A stretch of 63,953 nucleotides of DNA, filler included, from Reclinomonas americana ATCC 50394 (GCA_048213135.1; 32 parts of 32 records of this genome joined end to end with filler, not necessarily neighbours in it), one strand, 5' to 3'. Positions 47,702-60,217 are shown, counted from the first letter of the whole stretch. Program-made: numbers and translations. Notes: a model not told the origin generated them from the letters alone.

Positions 47702-48567
47702 ATGAGAGTTCCGACACGCATTGCCGCTCTGGCAGCATTCAGCATCGGCGTCCTGGCGCTGACGAGTTGCACGGGAGGCGGCGGAGGCTCCGGCGACACC
47801 GGCCCCATCGACACCTCCGGCGAGCTGAGCGGAACGATCCAGTTCCAGACCTGGTCGCTCAAGAACGAGAAGTTCACGCCCTACTTCGAGGATCTGATCG
47901 ACGCGTTCGAGAAGGAGAACCCCGACGTCACGGTCGAGTGGCTCGACCAGCCGGGTGACGGCTACCAGGAGAAGATCCTCAGCCAGGCGAAACGCCGACA
48001 CCCTTCCCGACGTGCTGAACCTGCCGCCGGACATCGCCTACCCGCTCGTCGCCGCCGGCAAGCTCGTCGACATCGACACCGCCGACCCCGACCTGAAGTC
48101 CGTCTACAACGCCGGCGCCTGGGAGTCCTACAGCCAGTACCCCGAGGTCGAGGGCACCTACGGACTCCCCCTGGTACCTCTCCAGCGATGCGTCCTGGTG
48201 GAACCTCGCGCAGCTCGCCCCGTACGGGGTCACCGAGGACAACCTACCGACGACCGTCGACGAGCTCCTCACCCTCGCGAAGAAGGTCGCCACGGAGTCC
48301 GATGGCAAGGTGCAGCTGCTCTCGTCGATCCCCGCGCTCGACACCTTCACGGCCGCCGGCATGGAGGTCATCGACGACAAGGGCGAGTTCGACTTCAACA
48401 CCGACGAGGCCGCGAAGATCATCGAGGCCTACGCCGACGCCTACGCGGCGGGTGCGATGCCCGCCGAGGCTCTGACCGGCGACTACGGCGGGAACGCCGA
48501 GTCCTACATCCAGGAGAAGGTCGCGTTCACGACCGGAGGCACCGGCTTCACCACCGACCTGCAGAAG
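47702..48567 (+). CDS. Sugar ABC transporter substrate-binding lipoprotein, 3' partial, two apparent frameshifts (~47991, ~48170)
   Basis: LTSC lipobox, [25 protein letters not shown] reconstructed across homopolymer indels. Confidence 0.85.
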
Positions 48568-48950
48568 NNNNNNNNNNNNNNNNNNNNNNNNNNNNNNNNN
48601 NNNNNNNNNNNTTAATTAATTAANNNNNNNNNNNNNNNNNNNNNNNNNNNNNNNNNNNNNNNNNNNNCTAGCGCAGCTCGGCTACCCATCCAGCTCATAT
48701 GATCACTCGTTCAATAACGACGCGATCCGCCACAGGCCGTTGAAGCCGCTGGTGGATCGCGGCGCGGCGCCCGCCCGCCACCGCCGAACCTACGTGTCCT
48801 CGTCACGTTGATGCACAGGCTTGTGATCCGCGACTGCGGAGCCTTGCTCGCAACACAATGTTAAGATGAACGGCAGATGAACGAATGTGCGGCCGCCTCA
48901 CAGGCCGTGCGGGTGGATGCGGTGGTGACGTGAGCGGATTCTGGCGCCTG

Positions 48951-50114
48951 ATGCTGTTCGGAAAAGGGCCGCGCGTTGCGGCTTCGCCCGGCCGCGACCT
49001 GCGCATCGACGTGATCCGTGGCCTGATCCTGCTGGTGATCTTCGTCAACCACATGCCGGGCAACGTCGTCTCGGCCGCGATGCCCCATAATTACGGCTTC
49101 TCCGACGCCGCCGACATCTTCGTGCTGCTCGCGGGCATCTCCGCCACCTTCGCCTATGGAAGGCTGATCGACCAGCGCGGGCTCCTCGTCGGCTCGCTCA
49201 AGGTCGGCGCGCGGATCTGGACGCTCTACATCGCGCACCTGGCGCTTTTTGTGCTGGTCTGCGGCATCGTCGCGACCGCGGTGGTGCGCACCCAGAATGC
49301 GCTCTATGTCGAGGCGATCAACATCCAGCCCTTCTTCAGCGACACGCCGGCGGCGATCGTCAATGCGCTGGGGTTGGTCTACCAGCCCTATTATCTCGAC
49401 ATCCTGCCGCTCTACATCGTGCTGCTGGCGGCGTTCCCGCTGATCTACGTCACGGCGCGCACGAGCCCGCTTGCGGCGCTCGCCGTCTCCGTCGCGATCT
49501 GGCAGGGCGCTACCCATGCCGGCCTCAACCTGCCGAACTATCCGGGCGATGGCGGCTGGTTCTTCAATCCCTTCGCCTGGCAGATGCTGTTCACCTTTGG
49601 CGTCGTCATCGGCCGGCTTGGACTGGTTGGCGCCGGCGTGCCGAAGCTGCGCCTGCTCGATGCCGCGGCCGTCGTCGTTCTCGTCTTCGCGGCGATGGTG
49701 AAGCTGTCCTCGGGCAATCCGTTCGGCATCGCGCTGATGAACGACTGGATCGACAGCCTGCAGATCGGCATCGACAAGACCAATCTCGCCTGGCCGCGCG
49801 TCGCCCATCTAGCGGCGCTCGCCTGGCTGGTGCTCCGCTTCCTGCGGCCCGCTGCCGGTATCCTGATTGGGTTCTCCGGCCGGCGACTGGCCGCGCTCGG
49901 GCGGCATTCGCTCGAAGTTTTCTGTGCCGGGATCGTGCTGGCGATCGCCGGGCAGATCATCCTTGCGGAGACCTCCTTCACCCTTTGGGTCCAGTTGCTC
50001 GTGACGCTGGGCGGGATTACCATCCTGCTCGGGCTAGGAACGTTTCTGTCGTGGTACAAGACGCTTACGGCACGCGCCGCCAGCGCCCCGCGCGAGCAGG
50101 CCGCTACGGCCTGA
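48951..50114 (+). CDS. OpgC-domain membrane protein (periplasmic glucan succinyltransferase family)
   Basis: RDLRIDVIRG, NHMP, GFSDAA..FV, DILPLY, WFFNPFAWQ, DKTNL, LGRHSL.VF. Confidence 0.92.
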   Translation: MLFGKGPRVAASPGRDLRIDVIRGLILLVIFVNHMPGNVVSAAMPHNYGFSDAADIFVLLAGISATFAYGRLIDQRGLLVGSLKVGARIWTLYIAHLALFVLVCGIVATAVVRTQNALYVEAINIQPFFSDTPAAIVNALGLVYQPYYLDILPLYIVLLAAFPLIYVTARTSPLAALAVSVAIWQGATHAGLNLPNYPGDGGWFFNPFAWQMLFTFGVVIGRLGLVGAGVPKLRLLDAAAVVVLVFAAMVKLSSGNPFGIALMNDWIDSLQIGIDKTNLAWPRVAHLAALAWLVLRFLRPAAGILIGFSGRRLAALGRHSLEVFCAGIVLAIAGQIILAETSFTLWVQLLVTLGGITILLGLGTFLSWYKTLTARAASAPREQAATA

Positions 50115-50881
50115 GCGCCCTTCTTCTGCTCCTGGCGTCGGCTTTGCCGGCATTCGCCGGGCCCAAGCCGCTTGCTCAGATGGTGGACGGCCGCTGCCGG
50201 GCCGGCGCGGCCCAGCACCCGTTCAAGCCCGCTCTCGCAGCCGCCAAGCGCAATCTGGCCGAGACCAACCGGCTTAGCATCGTCGCGCTGGGATCGTCGA
50301 CGACGGCCGGGACGGGCGCCAACGACGCGGATCGCAGCTATCCCGCCGTGCTCGAGGCTGAATTGCGCCGGCGCCTGCCCGGGCGCGAGATCAAGGTGGT
50401 CAATCTCGGCGTCGGCGGCCAGTCGGCCTATGAGATGTATCTGCGGCTCGAGGCCGAGGTCATCCCGGAGAAGCCGGCCCTGGTGATCTGGCAGACGGCG
50501 GTCAACGATGCCATCCGCGACATCGGCGAGGAGAAGCTCGCCAAGATCCTGCGCAAGGGCGCCAACAAGCTGCAGGAAGCGGGGATCGACCTTGTGCTGA
50601 TGGACATGCCCTGGCTGCCGCGCGAGGGCCGCTATCCGAAATATGACGACTATCGCGCCGTGCTGGCGAAAACCGCGAGCGAGAGCGGCGTCCCGGTCTT
50701 CCCGCGCTACGCCATGATGAAGAACTGGTCGGGCTCGAAGCAGTTCAGCGAGGAGGAGATCGTCGGCATGGACGGGCTCCAGGTGGTCGAGGCCGGCTAT
50801 CGCTGCCTCGCCATCCGCCTCGCCGACGGCATCGTGGCCGAGCTCGGCGAGGGCGGCGGGCCGGTCAAGCCGACAAACTGA
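50051..50881 (+). CDS. SGNH/GDSL hydrolase-family protein, secreted
   Basis: IVALGSSTTAG, VVNLGVGG, LVIWQTAVND; start uncertain. Confidence 0.85.
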   Translation: MVQDAYGTRRQRPARAGRYGLSALLLLLASALPAFAGPKPLAQMVDGRCRAGAAQHPFKPALAAAKRNLAETNRLSIVALGSSTTAGTGANDADRSYPAVLEAELRRRLPGREIKVVNLGVGGQSAYEMYLRLEAEVIPEKPALVIWQTAVNDAIRDIGEEKLAKILRKGANKLQEAGIDLVLMDMPWLPREGRYPKYDDYRAVLAKTASESGVPVFPRYAMMKNWSGSKQFSEEEIVGMDGLQVVEAGYRCLAIRLADGIVAELGEGGGPVKPTN

Positions 50882-51026
50882 GCTGCCTCAGCGCGCGATT
50901 ACCTCGATATCGCGGTCGCGGCCGGCNNNNNNNNNNNNNNNNNNNNNNNNNNNNNNNNNNNNNNNNNNNNTTAATTAATTAANNNNNNNNNNNNNNNNNN
51001 NNNNNNNNNNNNNNNNNNNNNNNNNN

Positions 51027-52105
51027 AGGGAGAATGGTAGGGGAGAATGAGAAGGTCGCACCTGCACAGCAATGCGACCAATAATGTGCTCCTCGATCTT
51101 GCCACACGCGGTGATGAGGTCTTGCAGCGACCCTCGGTCCATGTACTCCAGCGCCAACTGAATGGATCCCTCCTGGAAGAACGCACCAAAGAACTTGACG
51201 AGGTACGGCTGCACACAGGAAACCGCAGTGGTGAGCTGCCAATCCCAATAAAAGCACACACGTGCGCACGCACCGAGTCAGAGCGGTAAAAGGCATCCAG
51301 CTCCTTGCCAATCTGCCGCCGCTTCTCCTCATCAAACACATGGATGAGCTGTGCGAATGCATGTCAGCTCGTGCATTCTTGTGAAGGAATGAAAGGCGGC
51401 GAACCTTGAGTGCCAACAGCTCGCCTGTTCTCTTGAGTTTTGCCTTCTTGACGACGCCAGAGCAGCCGTGGCCGAGCTCAGAGTCCGCCGGGTCAAAGGA
51501 GATGTCGGAGAACTGAATTCGCCCGCCCCTGTGCACACGCACCACAGACGAGAGAGAGCGCGCGTGAGGGACACAAGGCGGAGATGTGTGGAGCACACGG
51601 AGAGAGACATGGACGCAACGAATACGCGTTGCTGCGTGACACAGTGTCGGTGGACATGCCGCTGGACGAGACCGCGTATCGTCCCTGACGGAAGGTGCCG
51701 CCCGGTGATCTGTTCCATGTGTGTGTGCGTGTGTGTGCATGTGAGTAAGAGAGGAAGAGACAAGAGCAGTTTGAGTGTGCGTGTGCGCGCGCGTGCGTGT
51801 GTGTGTGTGTCTGTGCGGGAGGATGGCGGCCAAAATGACCCGCGCCCCTCTTGTGGCAGCAGAAGAGCGCGACACGCATGTGCTTGTCATAATGACACAG
51901 TGTGGCCCGTGTGTGTGACAGGGGAGGAGGAGACAAGACGCATCATCACCACATGATCACGATGCAAATATGATAGTGATAATGAGCCTGGAACAAAAAA
52001 ACACGCACACACGTGAGAGTGGAAACGCAACACTGGTCCCTCCTCTTGCTTCTCATCGTCGACGGCGATCTTGAGGCCGAGGTTGAGTGCCGGCTTCTTC
52101 GCCAT
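51027..52105 (-). CDS. MAP kinase kinase, haplotype B, 3' partial
   Basis: Near-identical to 30198-31277. Confidence 0.88.
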
Positions 52106-52285
52106 TGTGAATGCTGTGTGTTGTCCCGCCAACCGAAGTAGAACTTCGACCTTCGAAAGCCAAGTCAAGCAAGTGCACACAGAAGACAGTGACTTGAAGA
52201 GTCTGCATATGCAGCAAAGCCGCAACGGCAAAGCAGCGGCTTACATTTCTACAACAAACATCATACAATTCTTTCGATTCTCTTC

Positions 52286-53284
52286 TCACTCGCCGAGGTA
52301 CGGCCGAGCTGCCTCCCAGATGCGGCCTTCGCGAATCAAGTCGGCGACAGTACCAATATCCCACGAGTGGACTCGATCACGCTCTGCAGACGCACCATCC
52401 GTCAGCACATGCACATGGAAAGAGACAGACAGGCAGCAGCGATGAAATTCGAACCGTACGGTGCCACGTGCTGTCGCACGAGCTGGTACACAGCCTCCAG
52501 GGCCGGTGTCGACTTGAGTGGACGCAGGAAATCAAAGGCCTGGCAGCCGCACAGCAGCTCAATGGCCAACACCGTCTCCACGTTCTTCACCACCTGCAGT
52601 GCCTTGCGAGCGGCCTACATACCCAGAAAAGGGTGAGCCAACGGCTTGCAACACACAAGTCGCCACCACCTGTCAACGCAACCCAGGGGCCCATCGACAC
52701 GTGGTCCTCCTTGCCAGCACTGGTGGAGATGCTGTCCGACGACGCCGGATGCACCAGCACCTTGTTCTCCGACGTCAATGCAGCCGCCGTGACATGAGCC
52801 ACTGAATTTATTCGGTGCGGAGTGTTGGTCAGTGACTGTGAGCTGTGGTGCGCGGTGTGGTGCGTACGACGCTCGCAACTCATGTAGCCCGAATTGATAC
52901 CGCCCTCTCGGACGAGGAACGCCGGCAGGTTGCTCTTTGTGTGGTCGACAAGTCTGCACAACGAGGGGTGAGTGAGCACGCTGTCGCCACGCACATACAT
53001 ACATACACGGCCGACCTCTCAATACGCCGTTCGCTAATATTGGCCAGTTCGTGCACCGCAATCGCCACATAGTCGGCAGCCTTGGCCGGGTACTCGCCGT
53101 GGAAGTTGCCGGCCGACACAATGTCGCCACGCGGATTGCCGTGCTCGTCCACGCCCTCCTCAATCACAATCGGGTTATCCTACAGCAACAGTGAGAAACA
53201 AGCCGACAGCACAAATCAAATCGTGACACGTGACGCACCGTGGCCGAGTTCATCTCGGTCTCCAGCATGTTGTGTGTAAAGGCG
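52286..53284 (-). CDS. HAL: Histidine ammonia-lyase, haplotype B, 5' partial
   Basis: Near-identical to 31465-32479. Confidence 0.95.
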
Positions 53285-53450
53285 NNNNNNNNNNNNNNNN
53301 NNNNNNNNNNNNNNNNNNNNNNNNNNNNTTAATTAATTAANNNNNNNNNNNNNNNNNNNNNNNNNNNNNNNNNNNNNNNNNNNNCCACCACCACCACCAC
53401 CACCACCATAAGCGTCAGCAAATAACTCGCGCATACAGACGCAGACGCAC

Positions 53451-53845
53451 CTCTTCTGCGTCGACGCCAATCTTGCCACGATAGAGATCGGGGACAAGGG
53501 CACGGCAGCCGGCATTCTCGCTCAAGTACTGTGCATGCTTCAGGCACTGCAGGTTGACTCCCCACCACCTGCGCACAAGATTGAGAATCGACAACTCTAT
53601 CTCTCTCCACCGGTCTCACACAAGCAGCACGCGACGAAACTCCTGGATAACAATGACAGCCACGGGAGCGTGCACGTCGCCAAAGCTGAATCCAGGCACC
53701 TTGGTGCCTGCCGACGACACGCATGAACTCACACACACACGAAAGTGCACTGAACAGCACACACTCGCTCACCGTCTGAGCGAGACCACTCCACTCGGCG
53801 GTCACCATACTGCTGGTTGACAAGGTACTGCTGCTGCAACGCCAT
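53451..53845 (-). CDS. Dienelactone hydrolase family protein, 3' partial, spliced
   Basis: Spliced: AVIVIQE|WWGVN...ALVPDLYRGKIGVDAEE. Confidence 0.88.
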
Positions 53846-54414
53846 CGTACGTACGTCTGTGTGACAGGGGGAATGAGCTCTTGGGCGGAAAAATGCAAGG
53901 TATCTCTGCCACACACACTGAGAGACAGAGACAGACGCGCATGTGCAAGTACGTCAGGAACAACACAGGCGAGTGGTGGGGGGCGGTGGCGGGAGGCGAC
54001 GACGAGGGGGAAAGTCAAAACGAAGGCGCGCACGAGTGTGTGCGCAATGTCACACATACAGCGACAAGGACAAGTGCAGATGGTGTTCACGCCATCCTCG
54101 CTGTGGCTACCCACTGTGCAGGAAGTCGTGGGGGAGGCATGCAGCACGCACCTCTTGACTGCAGAACGCTTGGAAGTCGTCAAAATTTGGATCATCGGAG
54201 AGCGAGCGCTCCGAGAATCACATTGACTGCAGACAGACTGGTGAGAATCCCTCTCCTCTTCCCCCTGCTCCTCCTCCTCTTCCTCCTCCCTCCTCCTCTT
54301 CTCGACCTCTCTGCCTCTTGCCTGTCGTGCGTGTGCACAGATATTGCCTGTGTTTTTCCGCACGGACATGTCACTCACTCACTCACTCTCCATCACACAC
54401 GCGCGCAGTGAAGA

Positions 54415-55056
54415 ATGGCCACGGAACGAGTTGGAAAGTGCCTTTGCGGCGACTGCACGGTGACAGTGCCCACCAGTGCTCCTCTGTTGCGCTGCAGCAC
54501 AAAAGAAGAGATCATTTGAGAAGGAGGATTGCTGACCTGCGCGCAGGTTCAACGCGCTGTGCGCGTGCACATACTGCCGCCGCAACGCCGGCCTGACGGC
54601 ACCAGTGCAGGAAGTCGCCTTCCCGTTCTCGTCGGTCAAGGTGACGGGCGAGACGATTTCGTATGTGGCCGGTCGAGTGGCGGCGCGCCTGCACTGCGCA
54701 CGATGCGGGTCGGCGCTGTGCAGCAGGGCCGAGCCGGCCAACTTTGCCAGCGTGTACCCGGTGTTGTTCAACACGGAGGGCTCGGGCAAGCTGGACGTGG
54801 AGATCTTTGGTCCGCCCGAGCTGTGTGTGTTTTACGGAAGCCGAGGTGCGGGAGGGAGGAAGGAAGGAAGGGCACGGGAAAGGCAGAGTGGGGCTGTGTG
54901 AGGAGAACAGGATAATGAATGTGGAGAGGAGAGGAGAGGGAGAGAGAGAAGAAGAAGACGAAGAATAAGAAGATAGGGGAATGAAGGAGGACGAGAGGAA
55001 CGGTGTGAGGAGCATAAGCGAATGTATGTGGAGAGGAGAGAGAGTGAAGAGAAGGA

Positions 55057-55091
<35 letters not shown>

Positions 55092-55517
55092 GAGGCCAGA
55101 TGATGTTGAGGCTGAGCGGGAAGAGCAGAATGGATGAGCGTAGGAAACGCATTCGGTATCGAGTTGAAGTGAGATGAAAGTGCGAGTCGAGGAAATGTAG
55201 GAGAGTGGGAAGAGAGGCATGCGTAGCACAGCCTGTTCCCCGTCAGCTCAGTTGTTGTGTGCGTGCAGGCGAGGACTTCCCTGCGTCCAACAAGCTGCCG
55301 CTGTTCGCCGACTTGCCGACGCAGTTGCGTTGATCTTCACTCGCGCGCATGACGAGTGTTGCTCTGTGTGTGTGTCTGTCAGCTCGTACTTACGTGCCCA
55401 CTCTCGCCTCTCACGTACCGTCATGATGGCAGGTTTGGCGGCAGCGGCAAGATGTTGACCGTTGATGGCAAGGAGATTCCGGCTCCGGCTGGTGCTGCCG
55501 CCGCCCCAGCGTCGTAA
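54415..55517 (+). CDS. GFA/CENP-V (Mss4-like) zinc-binding protein, 4 exons
   Basis: GKCLCG, CACTYCRR, HCARCGS, LPLFADLPTQ|FGGSG. Confidence 0.85.
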
Positions 55518-55738
55518 ACCATGCACACACATGCACACGGGGGACTGGCGCACTCTCACCAGATAAAGTTCCAGGCGCGTGGCGTGCGTGTAATTGAAGT
55601 GAAAAGTGGTGGAGACAAATGATGATTTGCGGGAAGTTNNNNNNNNNNNNNNNNNNNNNNNNNNNNNNNNNNNNNNNNNNNNTTAATTAATTAANNNNNN
55701 NNNNNNNNNNNNNNNNNNNNNNNNNNNNNNNNNNNNNN

Positions 55739-56681
55739 GGAACCCGGCATTGCCCATGGAGGAGTCCGGGGTGTTCCGCGACCGCGCGGAGTTGCGGTAG
55801 CGGTTGCAGTACGAGTCATGGCAGAGATAGCTCCCTCCCCGCAGCACGCGCAGCGAACCCTTCGACGGCCCCGTCGGATCGACTCGGGGCGACTCCGCGT
55901 AGTAGCCGGCGTCGAACCAGTCGGAGCACCACTCCCAGACGTTGCCGACGGGCTGCCAGAGCCCATAGCCGTTCGGAGCAAAGGTGCGCGCAGGAGAGGT
56001 CGTCGCATATCCGTCCTGCGAGGTGTTAACCCGCGGGAACTCGCCCTGCCAGATGTTCGTGCGCCACCCACCGGCATCGGGGTCCTCATCTCCCCAGGGA
56101 TACCTGCGGGAATCGAGGCCGCCGCGTGCGGCATACTCCCACTGCGCTTCGGAAGGGAGAGCGCGTCCTGCCCAGCGACAGTACGCAAGGGCATCATGGA
56201 AGCTCAGATGAACGGCAGGGTGATCCATGATCTCGTCGACGGAAGATCTCCGCCCGCCGGGGTGACGCCAGTCAGCGCCCCGCACTCCGAGCCACCAGGG
56301 AGTCGTCGGTGACCGCCCGATCACATCGCCCGACGGCGCAGCGAGCGCGAGATGGAACACCGCGGAGAGGCCATATCTCTCCGCATCCGTCACGTACCCG
56401 GTGGCGTCGGCGAACTCGGCGAACACGGCGTTGGTCACACATGTCGCATCGATGAGGAACGCCGACAGCTGCACACGATGCACCGGAGTCTCCCCGTCTC
56501 CGGGATTCTCGTCTCCGGACGAATCTCCCATCATGAACTCACCCGCAGGGATGCGCACCTGCTCGATCGGATGATGTCCGCGCTCGATGGGTGCCATGTC
56601 GGGGCGGATGGATGGCAGCGGGAGGTAGCTCCCGCGACTCGGCGCTGCGCAGGAGCACTCGGAACCACAGGACTCCGTCAT
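55739..56681 (-). CDS. Formylglycine-generating enzyme family protein (SUMF1-like), 3' partial
   Basis: GEFMMG, GADWRHPGG, LPSEAQWEYAARGG, GNVWEW, RGGSYLCHDSYCNRYR. Confidence 0.95.
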
Positions 56682-56929
56682 GATGTGGAGCCCGCTCGCG
56701 ATCGAGGGCGACCTGCGGCGATCATGTGGCGGCTCGCGTTCCGGAGGCGATGACCCACCAGGCGGCACCGAACCCGCAGAGGGCGACGAGAACCGCGACT
56801 GCCAGCAGCAGTCCCCCGCCGGAGGAACGNNNNNNNNNNNNNNNNNNNNNNNNNNNNNNNNNNNNNNNNNNNNTTAATTAATTAANNNNNNNNNNNNNNN
56901 NNNNNNNNNNNNNNNNNNNNNNNNNNNNN

Positions 56930-57288
56930 GGGCCGAGGCAGAGGCCGAGTGCGATAAGGAGTGCCACGGCAGACAACGTCACTGAGAGCGGAAGCGCGAG
57001 CACCGAGGCAGGGAGCGGCGCCTCCCGCCGGAGTGCGCGCTCAGCGCGGCCCCACCCGATCCACGCGACGAGAGGAAGCGCGACGCCCACCACCAGCAGG
57101 AGGAGAGAGGCGATCATGCGCAGAACCGGGTGGAGCGGCAGAGCCAGCGCCTCGAGCGCGACGCCCGCCGCGATGAGCGCGATCGCGGTACGCATCCAAG
57201 CCAGAAAGGTGCGTTCGTTGGCGAGCGTGAAGCGCGGGTCCGGCTCGGTTCCCCTTCGGTAGACCCACCCCGAGCCCCAGGGACTCAT
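56930..57288 (-). CDS. DUF202/YidH family membrane protein
   Basis: GTEPDPRFTLANERTFLAWMRT. Confidence 0.92.
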
Positions 57289-58090
57289 GATGCGACTGCG
57301 GCAGCGAGAGCGGCCGCGGCGGAGTCCTGAGGCTCCCGGTTGGCCGCACGGAGTTCGGCACCGTCGCTCACCATCAGCTCCTGCACGATGCGCAGTTGAG
57401 CGGCCGCCATGGTCGCCAACGCGGCGGCGGGAACCTTCTCGACCGTGTCCTCCGGCGAGTGGTACCACGACGGAGCGAGCGTGACGTTGTAGCTGGGGAC
57501 CTCCGGCGGCAGGTGGCCGATCGTCGATGCCGGTCCGAGAAGCGGATGGATCGGGATGCCGGCGCTCTCGAGGTGTTCGACCACGTGCGATCGGAGCACG
57601 GCGTTCTCAGATGCGAGCACCCCGTGTGCGACGGTGTTCCCCGGCGCTGCTTCGGCGGCGTCTGCGGCCATGTGGTCGAGCCAGTTGAAGGCGACGGTTC
57701 GAGCCAGGATGTCCTCCCGGTGCCGCTCGACGAAGTGGTACAGGTCGAAGTCGCCCGTGTCGTGCGCTCCGCTGGCGAGGAACACGAGCGTCTTCGGACG
57801 ATCGCTGCGGTCCAGCGCGGCAAAGTGCCCCAGCAGGCCCAGCAGGACGGCGCATCCGGTCGCATTGTCGACGGCCCCGTCGAACGTGGAGTCGTAGTGA
57901 GCGGCGATCACGATGACCTCGTCCGAGCGTCCGGGAAGCACACCGATCACGTCGTCGACCGTCGCACGCAGCAGATGGGAGCCCGGGCCCAGCGCACCCC
58001 CGTCGACCAGGAGGTCTCCCCCCTTCGGCACCTCGCAGAGGGCGATGTTCAGCCGGATATCCGCGCCATCGGCAACCTTCTCGACGAGCC
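57285..58090 (-). CDS. M28 family peptidase-like protein, 5' partial
   Basis: IVIAAHYDS..GAVDNATG, YHSPEDT. Confidence 0.85.
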
Positions 58091-58190
58091 NNNNNNNNNN
58101 NNNNNNNNNNNNNNNNNNNNNNNNNNNNNNNNNNTTAATTAATTAANNNNNNNNNNNNNNNNNNNNNNNNNNNNNNNNNNNNNNNNNNNN

Positions 58191-59387
58191 TGAGAGCCGT
58201 GTCGAGATCGGAGCGCCCAGATCGATCCAGGCGGACAGCCCGCCGGGAGTGCGCGGCATCCGCAGGTCTCCGATGGCTTCCAGTCCGGCGCTCACAGCCG
58301 ACCGCCCCGCGTGCAGACGGGAGCGGACGTGCTCGGCGAGCGCGGGCATCTCGTCCAGCAGCTCGACCGCGATGCACTGGTCCAGCAGGGCGGTGCCGAG
58401 CTCGAACGACGGGCGGACCGCGAGCACGCGCGCGATGACCGGCTTCTCCGCCCTGATCCATCCGAGGCGCAGACCGCCCCAGGCGATCTTCGACATCGAG
58501 CCGACCGTGATCACCTGCGGGCTGAACGCGGCCATCGGAAGCGGCGACCACCCCCGATCGATATCGAGCTCGGTGGTGGTCTCGTCGGCGATCACGCTCG
58601 TGCCGACGTTCCGCGCGGTGGCAGCGACGCGATCCCGATCGGCATCCGTCATGGTCGCGCCCGTCGGGTTGTGGAAGTCCGGGATCAGATAGGCCACCCG
58701 CGGACGACTCCGTAGCAGCAGCTCGGTGAGGTGGCGGACATCCCAGCCGTCGATGCCGACCGGTGTGGGAGTCAGTCGATAGCCGTTCCGGTCCAACGCG
58801 TCGAGCGCGTGGGGGAACGACGGCTGCTCGACCACGGCGCGTTCACCGCGCCGCCCGATCGCGGCGAGAACCAGGTTGACGGCATTGAGCGCGCCGGACG
58901 TGATGATGATCTCCTCGGGCGATGTCGGGACTCCACGCTGGGTGAACCGACCCGCGACGGCGTCGCGGAGCTCGGGCAGGCCCTGCAGCGAGTATCCGCT
59001 CGTGCTGCGCAGTGCTGCTAGTCGCGGAAGCGATCGCACGGTGGCGTCGTAGAGTCCGGGCGTCGAGTCCATCGAGGCGATCGAGAGATCGATCGCGGAG
59101 GCATCGTCGGAGTCGAACGCCCTGTGCTCGATGTGCGGAAGAGCGACCCGCGTGCTGCCACCGTGCAGGCGGGTGACGTAGCCGTCACTCTCGAGCAGGC
59201 CGTACGCACGTGTCATCGTCGAACGCGAGCGCCGCAGCTCAAGGGCCAGTGCGCGCTCGCTGGGAAGCCGTTCGCCGTTGGTGAGTCGTCCGTCGAGAAT
59301 CAGCGCGCGGATCTGACCCGCGAGCTCGGCGGCCGTGGATCCCGCGGCGTTCTGCGCGCCCAACTGCTCCACGAGTCGTGATGTCAT
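58191..59387 (-). CDS. MocR/YczR-type GntR regulator with PLP-dependent aminotransferase domain, 3' partial
   Basis: RLPSERALA..TMTRAY, IPDFHNPTG, GSMSK..WGGLRLGW. Confidence 0.93.
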
Positions 59388-59404
59388 GGTTCCAGCATGC
59401 CGCA

Positions 59405-59431
59405 AAGTGGCCTCGTATCTGCAGGCCACTT
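59405..59431. promoter_or_regulatory. Inverted-repeat operator candidate for the MocR/YczR regulator
   Basis: AAGTGGCCT-N9-AGGCCACTT between the divergent regulator and YczE genes. Confidence 0.75.
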
Positions 59432-59482
59432 ATCGATGACTGGTCTCGCTTCGGTCGCGTTCGGGCCGTCCACGATGGAGAG

Positions 59483-60148
59483 ATGCAGCTGCGCTCCCTC
59501 TTCATCCCCGTCACCGCCACGAGCCGACGCGACTTCGTCGAGCGCTTCGTGCAATTGATCGCCGGACTCTTCCTCTACGGCGTCGCCCTCGGTCTGATGG
59601 TGCGCGGTGGCATCGGCGTCGCCCCCTGGGACGTGCTAGCCCTCGGTGTATCGGGGCAGTCCGGGATCGGCTACGGCACGGTCACCGTGCTCGTCTCGGT
59701 CGTCGTGCTGCTGCTGTGGATTCCGTTGCGCCAGCGAGTGGGCATCGGGACGCTGCTCAATGCGCTTCTGGTCGGGCCGAGCGCCGACGTCACTCTCGCC
59801 GTCGTGCCGGCGCCGCCGTCGATCTGGGTCGGCGCCCCGATGTTCGTCCTCGGGCTGGTGCTGCTCGCCTTCGCCACCGGCCTGTACATCGCCGCGAGCT
59901 TCGGACCCGGACCGCGCGACGGTCTCATGACGGGACTGGTCCGCGTCACCGGGTGGAAGGTCTGGATCGTCCGCACGCTCATCGAAGGCAGCGTGCTGCT
60001 CGTGGGCTTCCTGCTCGGCGGGCCCGTCGGCGTCGGCACCGTGCTCTTCGCGCTGGGAGTCGGGCCGCTGATCGGATGGTTCCTGCCGGCGATCACCCGT
60101 CTGCGTGAGGAGCGCTCTCTCCGGCTCGCACCCCTGCCGATGCGGTGA
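59483..60148 (+). CDS. YczE/YyaS family membrane protein
   Basis: GVAPWDVL..G, GIGTLLN, GPGPRDGLM, GGPVGVGT. Confidence 0.9.
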   Translation: MQLRSLFIPVTATSRRDFVERFVQLIAGLFLYGVALGLMVRGGIGVAPWDVLALGVSGQSGIGYGTVTVLVSVVVLLLWIPLRQRVGIGTLLNALLVGPSADVTLAVVPAPPSIWVGAPMFVLGLVLLAFATGLYIAASFGPGPRDGLMTGLVRVTGWKVWIVRTLIEGSVLLVGFLLGGPVGVGTVLFALGVGPLIGWFLPAITRLREERSLRLAPLPMR

Positions 60149-60161
60149 CACCGCACAGAGA

Positions 60162-60203
60162 CACGAAGAAGGCCCCGGGAGTGATCCCAGGGCCTTCTTC
60201 GTG
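60162..60203. terminator. Bidirectional terminator hairpin between convergent genes
   Basis: CACGAAGAAGGCCC...GGGCCTTCTTCGTG. Confidence 0.8.
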
Positions 60204-60217
60204 CGCTGCTCCGCGGG

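Noticed and set aside
47985..48175. Programmed frameshifts in the ABC binding protein (and in the MFS gene at ~61763)
   Set aside because: Each shift sits in or next to a homopolymer run (AAA, CCCCC, GGGGGG), typical of low-coverage pyrosequencing-type indels.
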